The position numbers were made by a program, and so were the translations under genes. Shown one piece after another: positions 19,013 through 27,866 of a DNA stretch of 64,000 nucleotides. The notes below the pieces were generated by a model, which was not told the DNA's origin, did not search any database, and was given only the letters and a program-made list of their open reading frames with translations. The stretch's first letter is position 1, and every line of letters starts with the position of its first letter. The stretch lies in the IMG/VR virus record IMGVR_UViG_3300033121_001167, positions 15,250-79,249 of that record; one strand, given 5' to 3'. Source of the stretch: a virus (taxonomy: Duplodnaviria; Caudoviricetes).

Positions 19013-19293
19013 AATTTCAATAACGTATTAAATTGTTCTCTGATTTCTTGTAAACTGATTAGCGGTTCGTCCGGGATGTCCATTAAATGAATTAATTGAT
19101 GGACAATACCTTCATCTCCAATCGTACATTCGCTTGGTAATTCCTTGAAATAGGATATGATACATGCTAAATGTGCAATTTTTATTATATTTTCTTTAAA
19201 TTGCAAATTCGTATAATTCACCACTTCCTCATAGCGAGTTTTTAATTCTCGGTATGACACTTCGTATTGATGATTATTGATTAGATAGGTCAT
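19006..19293 (-). CDS. hypothetical protein
   Basis: 95 aa coupled ORF. Confidence 0.6.
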   Translation of the reverse strand: MTYLINNHQYEVSYRELKTRYEEVVNYTNLQFKENIIKIAHLACIISYFKELPSECTIGDEGIVHQLIHLMDIPDEPLISLQEIREQFNTLLKLC

Positions 19294-19714
19294 TTGAAGT
19301 CTTTAAAATTGCACCCATCCCGCCAGTGTCTGGGTATTTTCCTCCGAATAATATCTGCTGTTCTTCTTGACTTAATTTAGCCAAAATTTTAGCACGTTTA
19401 AATTTCATTTCGGCTTCTTCAAGAATGAGGCATTCAGCCCACCACTCTCGCAAATCCTTTAATCGCAGATATTGCAACGATTTCGGCGAATTTAAAACAT
19501 GTGGGGCATGTAGATTCAATTCCTTGCAAGCAAGTATCAACAATTTTGTCAATGTTTCTATTTCATTGCATAAAGTATCATTTGAAACTTTTATGAAAAC
19601 ATTGAGTCTGCTTTCATCGGGTGGATATGTTGTCGGATCAACTTCATATTCCAATTCTGCCGAAGGAACATTTTGTTGTTCAATATCAAATGGAATTGGG
19701 GCTGGTTGTATCAT
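19274..19714 (-). CDS. hypothetical protein
   Basis: 146 aa ATGA-coupled ORF. Confidence 0.6.
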   Translation of the reverse strand: MIQPAPIPFDIEQQNVPSAELEYEVDPTTYPPDESRLNVFIKVSNDTLCNEIETLTKLLILACKELNLHAPHVLNSPKSLQYLRLKDLREWWAECLILEEAEMKFKRAKILAKLSQEEQQILFGGKYPDTGGMGAILKTSNDLSNQ

Positions 19715-21198
19715 ATTACGACTCCACTATTGGTTATTTTTTTACGAGAACTGACTTTTGTAAGTTCAAATCTCGGTTTAGGTTGCCACACCTCAAAAAG
19801 TTTATTGACCGATTGAGCAAATTTTGAGCACATCTTATCAGCAGACATTCCCGATTCATCGCCTAATACCCATTCACGACCGTGCAATCCTGATGCTGTG
19901 CGCTCTTCCCCAGACATATTATATACTTCCAGCAATTTATCAGCAACATCTTCAAATTTGCAACGGTCGTCAAAAATATACGGGGTTGGAATTGAACCTT
20001 GTAATGATCTGTTGGATGGAAATACTGGAAAGCACCAATCCCCGTGATGCTGGTATGTTCCAGCATGGTTGGATGGAATTTCAGTAGTCGGCTCAAACCA
20101 ATTACCATGTTCATCTTCAAATCTGCACTGATCTTGCAGCCCACCAGTCACATTTACCATGATGGGAGTGCCACTATGTAAAGATTCGAGTGAACTCAAT
20201 CCAAACCCCTCATTACTTCCGATTGAAATGGTCAAATCTGATAGATTATAGAACCAGTTCATTATTTTTTCTGGAAGCATTTCCTCGTTGAACAATACTT
20301 TGTAATCTGGGCAAATTGCTCGCTTAACTGCCATCAAATCCGTACCATTTTCATCTCGGATTGCAGTTTTCATAAACAAACAACAATGTTTGGCTTTTTC
20401 TTTTGGAAGTTTATCGCAAAATGTTTTAAACGCCAATATCACATCACCCGGATTTTTTCTTCGGATGTTCCGGTTGTTCCAGAATACAACGAAATCCACA
20501 TCATTTTTTGATTTAAAATCCGCCACGAATTTATCATATTCTGGATCGTTTTCAATCGGGTGGAATAGTTTTGGATTGATTCCGTGTGGAAGATACGTCA
20601 ACAGTGATTTGCCCGTTTCCGATGAACTGTTAGTATCCAAATCAATAAATTCAATATCTCCATATTTTAGAACTTCTTTGTGGATAATATGAGATTGTTT
20701 TGAAATGCCAAATAAAAGATCACAACTTGAATAGAATGGTAGATTCCAGTGTGGGATAGGTAAATCATCCCAAATTGCATTGTATATAATAGGAATTTTC
20801 CAATGTGTCCTTAATTCATGTTCCATCGGCCAAAACCAATAAAAATGCCGAGGATCGGTAAACAACATTATTGCATCTGGTTTTTCCAAATTCAATACTT
20901 CTCGCACAATGTCGGCAGAACCATATCCGTCCGAACAATAAATTTTTACATAGGAATGATCAATTCCTATTTCATTATTTACATCCTCAGACAAATCAAG
21001 TATCTTGCCATGATCTGGATGTTTAATTGCTGCACCAATTTGCACCCAATCAAATTCATTTGCCGTACCGAGTACCAATTCCCGAGACATCGTTGCAACT
21101 CCGCTTTTGAAGTTCAACTGGTCTGATAGCAACATGATTTTTTTCTTCTTAGGACGATTAAGATTAATTTTCTTTAGTTTTGGAAGTTGTATTTGCAT
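19711..21198 (-). CDS. glycosyltransferase GT4-like
   Basis: SGVATMSRE; NRNIRRKNPGD; SNEGFGLSSLES; NVTGGLQDQ. Confidence 0.9.
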   Translation of the reverse strand: MQIQLPKLKKINLNRPKKKKIMLLSDQLNFKSGVATMSRELVLGTANEFDWVQIGAAIKHPDHGKILDLSEDVNNEIGIDHSYVKIYCSDGYGSADIVREVLNLEKPDAIMLFTDPRHFYWFWPMEHELRTHWKIPIIYNAIWDDLPIPHWNLPFYSSCDLLFGISKQSHIIHKEVLKYGDIEFIDLDTNSSSETGKSLLTYLPHGINPKLFHPIENDPEYDKFVADFKSKNDVDFVVFWNNRNIRRKNPGDVILAFKTFCDKLPKEKAKHCCLFMKTAIRDENGTDLMAVKRAICPDYKVLFNEEMLPEKIMNWFYNLSDLTISIGSNEGFGLSSLESLHSGTPIMVNVTGGLQDQCRFEDEHGNWFEPTTEIPSNHAGTYQHHGDWCFPVFPSNRSLQGSIPTPYIFDDRCKFEDVADKLLEVYNMSGEERTASGLHGREWVLGDESGMSADKMCSKFAQSVNKLFEVWQPKPRFELTKVSSRKKITNSGVVI

Positions 21199-21208
21199 AA
21201 ATTAGTTA

Positions 21209-21230
21209 ATTGTGAAACTTTTTTCACAAT
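21209..21230. promoter_or_regulatory. 9-bp perfect inverted repeat in intergenic gap
   Basis: ATTGTGAAA-CTTT-TTTCACAAT at the boundary between the replication and GT modules. Confidence 0.4.
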
Positions 21231-21245
21231 AATTATCTTTTTTCT

Positions 21246-21647
21246 TTAAATTAAAACGACTGGTATTTTGAATTTTTCGGCCATTCGCAAAGTTTGTTTT
21301 ATGATTGGGTCATTTACACCCTCCTCCACCCCAACAATCAATTTGTCAATGTTTGATAGCATTTTTTTATAGCGGTCAAAATAATGACTGTAATGGTATG
21401 ATTTGTTGTAGTACTCTTTCTCGCATCCACTATACTGGTTATATCCGGAAAAGGATGGATTGTATTCAACATACGCCATTCCAAATTCTAAGGCGGTTTG
21501 CTTTACAACATATTCAATTCCAGATGTATTTCCGCCGCTCGCCACAGTCACCATCGTTCCAAAATGCTGCTTAATTTTGAACAGCAAGTCTTTAACTTTT
21601 CTGTTCTTATGTACAACATTCGTACCTCCGATTATTGCGATTTTCAT
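21246..21647 (-). CDS. SLOG/DprA-like Rossmann-fold protein
   Basis: MKIAIIGG ... VASGGNTSGIE; YFDRYKKML. Confidence 0.6.
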   Translation of the reverse strand: MKIAIIGGTNVVHKNRKVKDLLFKIKQHFGTMVTVASGGNTSGIEYVVKQTALEFGMAYVEYNPSFSGYNQYSGCEKEYYNKSYHYSHYFDRYKKMLSNIDKLIVGVEEGVNDPIIKQTLRMAEKFKIPVVLI

Positions 21648-22378
21648 TTACACCGATTTTTAGTAATTTCAATTGCAGATGGATTTATGTCGCATCCTAT
21701 AAACTTCCTCCCAAATTGTTGTGATACAATTGCGGTAGTTCCAGAGCCGAGGAAAAAATCTGCAACAGTATCTCCGACATTACTACTACACAGTACAATC
21801 CGTTGAAGTAGTTTTTCATGTTTTTCCGAAAAATAGGATGTCTTCTTTTTTACCTTCAGTCCACTTGGTATATCATCCCACACGTTTGTTGGAACAGTTC
21901 CTATGGCCAGTTTTTCAGGAGTAATATTTGGTCGGATCGTTGTTTTTGAAATTACCGATTTGTACGGTATTCGTATAGCCAAATCATTGAATGTGTAATT
22001 TTCAGATTTGGTATAAACTACAAGATAGTCGTGCTTTTTCGGAAATTCCCGCTTTCCATACCCACCTATATTATATTTCACTACAATTTCGTTTCTAAAA
22101 TTATTATATCCAAATATTTCGTCCATCATCACACGAATCCAATGGTTAATCCGTATATCGCATTGTAAATATATAGTTCCATCGTTGTGTAACACTCTAT
22201 ACATTTCCATTAATCTTGGGTGATAAAAATCGTATATTACATTTTTGTCGGCCACCAAATCAGCATAATCTGGAAAGATTTTCCCGGTACCGTATAAAAT
22301 ATCACAGTATATTAAATGTATCATTTCATCTTCTATACTGGATAATGTAATTAGATTATCTTCGCAATACAATTTCAT
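21644..22378 (-). CDS. N6/N4 DNA methyltransferase (beta class) with non-canonical DILY catalytic motif
   Basis: LIYCDILYG where DPPY is expected; RNEIVV; EKHEKLL; VADFFLGSGTT. Confidence 0.85.
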   Translation of the reverse strand: MKLYCEDNLITLSSIEDEMIHLIYCDILYGTGKIFPDYADLVADKNVIYDFYHPRLMEMYRVLHNDGTIYLQCDIRINHWIRVMMDEIFGYNNFRNEIVVKYNIGGYGKREFPKKHDYLVVYTKSENYTFNDLAIRIPYKSVISKTTIRPNITPEKLAIGTVPTNVWDDIPSGLKVKKKTSYFSEKHEKLLQRIVLCSSNVGDTVADFFLGSGTTAIVSQQFGRKFIGCDINPSAIEITKNRCK

Positions 22379-23331
22379 AAAATTATACGTTTATTTGATG
22401 GACACAAATCTTCTCTTTCTCTAAATTCACAATAGCGACAATTAAAGAAATTGCGACCTGTTTTTGCTTGAAAGTTGTATGTTGTATTATACGAGCCGTC
22501 CGGTAGAAAACAAGAATCTAAAAATTCTTGGAACATCTTTGTTACTTTATTGCATGTAACCTTTCCGTTACTCGGTTCAAACATCTGAATGCGTTTTTGT
22601 GCCCACAGAGAATCAGGATCAAGTTTTCGCTTCAATATCATATATTCAATATCTATCATATCAATCGGAATATCATATTGCTGCGAAAAATACACTTTGT
22701 ATAATACAAGTTGTGCGGTTTTAACTTCGTCCTTCTTATCCCATTGATTCCACCCCTTCGTACTGGTCTTGAAATCAACAATTCTATACCGACCAGTCTT
22801 TGTATTTTGTATCACCATATCCAAATATCCCATCAATACCACATTTAGTTTATTTGGATCTGGAGGCAATAATATTGGTATTTCAGTACCAACCAGCATT
22901 TCGTATTTTTTTGAAAAATATGCAGACCTGTGCTTTCTCAAGTATTGCAAGATTTCCAACCCATCCAGATAAAATTCGGTAAGTTCCTCTTTGGTGGAGA
23001 AGTGTTTACCTTGCTTTTCAATTTCGGCTGCGTAATTTGTTTTCAGTTCTTGCTTTAATAATTCCGAAAAATTGACTTCTTCTGATTTCTTAATCGTCTC
23101 TGTAAACAATACTTTAACCCACAATTGTATTATTGAGTGCATAGCGTCACCAAACACTGTGTGAATGCTGGCTTCTCGGTCTTTTAATTTATCAATATGG
23201 CATAATTTCCAATATAACGGGCATTTTTTAAAGTTACTAAATTGTGAATACGAAACAAATTTGGAATTTTCTGGCTTTTGGAGGTTTAAATCAAACTGTG
23301 GTGTGACGTATGATTCTTTTACTTGCCCCAT
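22375..23331 (-). CDS. PD-(D/E)XK exonuclease (RecB/Cas4-like)
   Basis: SYSQFSNFKKCP, FGDAMH, GYLD, VDFKTS, QLVLY, CRYC. Confidence 0.85.
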   Translation of the reverse strand: MGQVKESYVTPQFDLNLQKPENSKFVSYSQFSNFKKCPLYWKLCHIDKLKDREASIHTVFGDAMHSIIQLWVKVLFTETIKKSEEVNFSELLKQELKTNYAAEIEKQGKHFSTKEELTEFYLDGLEILQYLRKHRSAYFSKKYEMLVGTEIPILLPPDPNKLNVVLMGYLDMVIQNTKTGRYRIVDFKTSTKGWNQWDKKDEVKTAQLVLYKVYFSQQYDIPIDMIDIEYMILKRKLDPDSLWAQKRIQMFEPSNGKVTCNKVTKMFQEFLDSCFLPDGSYNTTYNFQAKTGRNFFNCRYCEFREREDLCPSNKRIIL

Positions 23332-23750
23332 TTGCCTTTTGATATGATTTGTGCTATGTTTGTATAATTTGAAATGTCGTCCAATGTGTCGTCCAATGTC
23401 TCCGTACTCACGGCGGCATCTGTTTGGATAAGATTCTTGTAACGGTTCAGTTTATCTTGCATCTTTAGATACAAATTTTGCATAGTTTCTTTCGGGGACA
23501 ACCCGTCCACCAAATTAGTATGACCATAATCACGATGCTTGCGGCAAAATAATTCAAATTGTGTGTTTTGTTGTGCAAGAAATAAATTGTAAGTTTCCGG
23601 ATAATTTTCGCGGACCCAATCTTCTGCATTTAATTCTTCGGGGTCTTCATTGTTTGATGGTGTCTCCACGGATACAACAGTAGATGAAGCATTTGGTCGC
23701 CTCAAATAATCTGACAATGCGATTTGATAAATTTTGTATTCTTTACTCAT
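23319..23750 (-). CDS. Nmad1/DUF1599-like nucleotide modification-associated protein
   Basis: FCRKHRDYG ... DKLNRYKNL ... ETLDDTLDDISNY. Confidence 0.7.
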   Translation of the reverse strand: MSKEYKIYQIALSDYLRRPNASSTVVSVETPSNNEDPEELNAEDWVRENYPETYNLFLAQQNTQFELFCRKHRDYGHTNLVDGLSPKETMQNLYLKMQDKLNRYKNLIQTDAAVSTETLDDTLDDISNYTNIAQIISKGKWGK

Positions 23751-24187
23751 ATTTGAAATTCTTTTTTAATTTTTTTATCGTCATACCCATACTTTCGTAT
23801 TTCGGATTTAACAGCATCAAGACCAGAATCAGTATTTGTCAAGATAGTCAAATAATCTTCCAATTCGCTTGTACTAATTTCCAGTTTGGGAGATAGGAAT
23901 TGTATGACTTTATCATACTTTTTTTCAGATTTGCTTGAAATGTATTTCGTAAAGAATTTCTTCTTTGGAAGCAAATCCAAATAAAAATTGTATAACTGTT
24001 CAGCAGACAATGCAGACGTATAGACCTGACACTCAGCGATCAAATCTAAATAATCCGGGTGCATACTTAACCAACGAGTGATCATGTAAGGCTGAAACTG
24101 CTTCTTGTCGGCTTCAGTCTGATCCTTCCACTTTATTTTGTTGAAGCAAATGTCGTTCAGTAAGTCAAAGATTGTCTTCTGTCGCAT
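23747..24187 (-). CDS. clamp loader small subunit (T4 gp62-like)
   Basis: FQPYMITRWLS ... QLYNFYLDLLPKKKFFTKY; context. Confidence 0.75.
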   Translation of the reverse strand: MRQKTIFDLLNDICFNKIKWKDQTEADKKQFQPYMITRWLSMHPDYLDLIAECQVYTSALSAEQLYNFYLDLLPKKKFFTKYISSKSEKKYDKVIQFLSPKLEISTSELEDYLTILTNTDSGLDAVKSEIRKYGYDDKKIKKEFQI

Positions 24188-24473
24188 TTTTAAATTTATT
24201 CTTTGTGGAGAATATTGTCGGCTTTGACTCCGATTCTAAGTTAAATTCCGGAGTATTTGTGACCGTAGTCCCTCCACTAGATGGAACTGTGAATGTTTGG
24301 ATCGGTGTAGTCTGTTTCACTGGAGAATCTACTACAATATTAAAATTTGGACGTGTTACTTCCTGAAAATGTCCAGATTTGATATTGATAGGCAATTTGT
24401 TATATTCCCATTCATTTAGAACAGTACCAAGTCCGTGACGACTCCATGCTTTTACACATTTAAAAGTTTTCAA
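24165..24473 (-). CDS. hypothetical protein
   Basis: 102 aa ORF. Confidence 0.6.
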   Translation of the reverse strand: MKTFKCVKAWSRHGLGTVLNEWEYNKLPINIKSGHFQEVTRPNFNIVVDSPVKQTTPIQTFTVPSSGGTTVTNTPEFNLESESKPTIFSTKNKFKNATEDNL

Positions 24474-24485
24474 AGTTTATTTCCT

Positions 24486-24746
24486 TTATATAATTAGTTT
24501 ACCAGATGGTTCATTCTTTTCTTCAAATTCTGGCAAATCTGGAAGAAATTCTTTCAACAATTCTCCACATTCAGTACATTTTAGAACGGGAAGAAATACG
24601 AATTGATCTTGAGGCGATCCGGTGAGCAATCGCGAAACTCGTCTAACCATTACTGGCTGTTCAAAAAATGAGTTATTGCACTTTCGGCACTGTACGGCCG
24701 AAGTATCGCTTGGGGCTACTTGTATATTTCCACTTTGGGCTTGCAT
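24486..24746 (-). CDS. Zn-ribbon protein
   Basis: Start MQAQSG; CRKC ... CTEC. Confidence 0.7.
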   Translation of the reverse strand: MQAQSGNIQVAPSDTSAVQCRKCNNSFFEQPVMVRRVSRLLTGSPQDQFVFLPVLKCTECGELLKEFLPDLPEFEEKNEPSGKLII

Positions 24747-24948
24747 ATTCAAATGGTTTTGAAAAATATGTTTGTAAATTAACGTTTTCTGATACCAAAT
24801 CAAGTACTTTATTGCGAAGTTGGCTGTCTGGTTGATACAGTCCATGCTTTGCACGGCCGGCAATCATCAGCAATTCCTCGGCTTCAGCAATTAGCAGCAA
24901 TAAATATCTAATTTCTTGTTCATTTAATGATAAACTGTATTCTTTCAC
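24673..24948 (-). CDS. hypothetical protein
   Basis: 91 aa, ATGA-coupled to the clamp-loader C-part; overlaps the next gene by 74 nt. Confidence 0.45.
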   Translation of the reverse strand: MKEYSLSLNEQEIRYLLLLIAEAEELLMIAGRAKHGLYQPDSQLRNKVLDLVSENVNLQTYFSKPFEYASPKWKYTSSPKRYFGRTVPKVQ

Positions 24949-26126
24949 TTTAAATCCCGTAAAATATTTATGAACATTGCAGCAATTTGAATTTCTCCAT
25001 CCACTACATTCAAGATTCGGTGCTGGTAGTCTGCTATATGAAGTATAATTTGAGCCTTTTTTCCATCAGGAACAAACTCATCCAAGTTATCATATAAATA
25101 TTTAAACAGTTCATCAAATTGTCTAACTTTTGCATCTGCAATGATTTGACGGATGGTAGTAAATGCAGTTTTCACATCTCCGCCTGTTTTAATAGCATCC
25201 AATATTTTTGGGCAATAATCACTCCCAGCAATGTCTTGTGTTGAATATATCAGTTCTCCAGTATTTGAGTTGTGTTGACAGTAATTCAACATCGCTCGCT
25301 GGTCTGGATAGAATTGATTTACTATCTTCACTATATCCTTCGGATCATATTTGACGTTTTCCTTAGTCAAAATATTCGCGATGTTCCGACAAACCAATTT
25401 GATTGGTGGGGATTGGATCAAAAACGGGGAACATCGTGATACAATGGAGGGTAAAAACTTTTCTATATAGTTGCCAGTAAGAAAGTATCTTGTATGTTTA
25501 CTTGTCGTTTCAATGATCTGATTGAGTGCTGATTGCGCGTTGGGGCTAAATCCAGAAAACTCATCACAAATAACAATTTTCCAACGTTTAAATCCAACCG
25601 ATGTCGCAAATGATTTAATCTTGTCTCTAACTGTGTCAATCCCATTTTCATCAGATGCGTTAAGATATAATACATCCGCATCCAACGCATTTGCAATCAA
25701 TTTACAACAACTTGTATTGTGACAAATAATACCAGAACTCGTTAGATATTCATGCGGATAATCCAACGAAATATCAAAAACATCGCAGGGCTGGTCGCCC
25801 GTTGTCTTTGATACAATGGGAATCATATTATTATCTGCATCAATAATATGATTAACAGATTTAATAAATCTGAATGTCCCGTCAACTTGTTTCACCAAAT
25901 GCTTATTATCGCATTTAATAGATGCCCCGTTTGCAAATGTAAATGTGTTGACAACGCCTCGTTTTTTAACGAATGCGTTTATTGGCTGCATCCCATTCGG
26001 GGTATTAATTTTTATCTCTCTATCTGGAATTTGGATAGTGTCATAAAAATCATTATTCATCTCCAGAAAATTAAACAATTCTCCAATCGGGATTTGTAAT
26101 TTATAGGTACTTTTCAACGAAGTCAT
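24945..26126 (-). CDS. clamp loader large subunit (gp44/RFC) C-part preceded by a 137-aa C-intein
   Basis: IntC 25716-26126 ends VFDISLDYPHEYLTSSGIICHN; extein starts T(+1)SCCK; LNASDENGID, ICDEF (Walker B), SIVSRC. Confidence 0.92.
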   Translation of the reverse strand: MTSLKSTYKLQIPIGELFNFLEMNNDFYDTIQIPDREIKINTPNGMQPINAFVKKRGVVNTFTFANGASIKCDNKHLVKQVDGTFRFIKSVNHIIDADNNMIPIVSKTTGDQPCDVFDISLDYPHEYLTSSGIICHNTSCCKLIANALDADVLYLNASDENGIDTVRDKIKSFATSVGFKRWKIVICDEFSGFSPNAQSALNQIIETTSKHTRYFLTGNYIEKFLPSIVSRCSPFLIQSPPIKLVCRNIANILTKENVKYDPKDIVKIVNQFYPDQRAMLNYCQHNSNTGELIYSTQDIAGSDYCPKILDAIKTGGDVKTAFTTIRQIIADAKVRQFDELFKYLYDNLDEFVPDGKKAQIILHIADYQHRILNVVDGEIQIAAMFINILRDLK

Positions 26127-27558
26127 ATATCAAATTGTTATTTTCAGTAAATGTCGTTTCGGACTTAATTCTGAGTAGTGTAAAACCGTGTCGCTCGCAT
26201 AATTCAGTTTTAAATTTATCATTTTCTATTGATTTTTCAGATGAATGCCAAAAAACACCATCATATTCAATAATTAATTTTTTTGACAATATTGTAAAAT
26301 CATAAAATTTTAATTTTTTAGTATTTTTATCAAAAATATAATATTCCGAACTACCACCTATTCCAAAATAAATATCTTCTCGCAGTACTCCACGTTTTCG
26401 TAAAAATTTAAACATCGGAATGAAATATTTCAAAGATTCCTTTGATGCCTTTCCAAACGGAACTGCTCTACTTTTAAGTAATTTTTCATACAACTCAGTT
26501 GCCAATTCAACATCGTATGCACATTTTTTTAAACAATAGTTAAAACTTTTAGAATCTTGAGATTTATAAATTCTGGACAGTTCTTCTTCACTTTTTTGCT
26601 CAAACGTCTGCTTTCGCTTTTCATAAATTTGTTGCTGTATTTGTTCGGATTCTTCAAGAGTGCAATTGAATCGTTTTTGAATATTCTCCAATGTATTTAA
26701 TTGTTGCGATTCGGAAACTTTCAGTTTTGCAGTATCACTATCATATCCCCGTTCTAACCAATACTCTACGCATCTAACGCTAAATTTCTTCTGTTCTTCG
26801 GGAGTATATTTTTCTTGTCGTTTTTGATTATTTCGTTTCTGATATTCTGAATCTCTAAATACAGTAGGTTTATTCGCATAATATGCAGCCAATACAGCAT
26901 CAATTTCATGATCGTCTGTATATCCTTCAAATTTCAATCCCAAACGAGAATATCTATATGGCTTCTTCTCTACCATTGCAGATTTCAATAATCTGTGTAT
27001 ATCATCCTCATTGTTTCCTCTATCTCGGAGGCCATTCAATGAATGCAGCGTACCGATTTGAAGCGGGCGCAATTCCAAAATGGATTTAATGTATCGCTCT
27101 TTTCCAGTCTCAGTCCAAAAATCATCGTAAAATGAATCATGCAACTTTTTATAAAATTTTTTTCGGATTAGCCAGTGTATTATTTTTAATGTTTGTGAAA
27201 ACGTATAACCTTTCTCCAGCCAAAACGAGTTTTCTAAAAATTTGGTATATAAATTTTCGGAGCGCACTCGCAATTTTGCACGTTCATTATTTTTGTAATG
27301 ACCAAGTAACTTCCGGTGGATTTTTGTTATCGGGTACCACCTGTTCCAATAACCCTGCACTCTATAATCCGATAATTTTCCAGTTTCCAAGCACAATGGT
27401 AAATATTGAGAATAATGCAATTGCATATATTCTTCAAACGAAATGCCACAGGCGGTTAAATGTTTAATAAAATTTCCAAATGTAGAATATTTCTTTCCAT
27501 TGATCTTTGAAAGTAGAACATTATCACTGCGCAATTCAAGCGTTTTTGGGTCAATCAT
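26101..27558 (-). mobile_element. free-standing homing endonuclease (Vsr/DUF559/EDxHD-like) inside the split clamp-loader gene
   Basis: C-terminal YDFTILSKKLIIEYDGVFWH...DKFK; repeated helical DNA-binding segments; lies between the two intein halves. Confidence 0.8.
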
Positions 27559-27617
27559 CTTTACCTCGTATATTTATGTAAATAAGTGAATTTACATATA
27601 AATATACTTGGTAAAAA

Positions 27618-27866
27618 TCAAACTATAAATGCCGACAGTAATTTAAGTTCAGATTCAGTTAACTCAATCTCAATAGTAACTTCTTCCGAAAAATCAAGAC
27701 ATTTACCAGTTCCGCTCTTTTCAGAATATAGAATTAAATTCGGGACTGAATTAGTTTCAATCCAGTACTTTACCTTCGCAATAAACTCCTCATTCCCAAC
27801 ATAATCATCAATTGTTTTGGGTTCATATTTTCTTGCCCAAATGAGTTCATCAAATACAGTTGTCAT
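27618..27866 (-). CDS. clamp loader large subunit N-part plus 27-aa N-intein
   Basis: WARKYEPKTIDDYVGN (RFC box II), SGTGK Walker A, then CLDFSEEVTIEIE... (intein block A, 27621-27701) and stop. Confidence 0.92.
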   Translation of the reverse strand: MTTVFDELIWARKYEPKTIDDYVGNEEFIAKVKYWIETNSVPNLILYSEKSGTGKCLDFSEEVTIEIELTESELKLLSAFIV

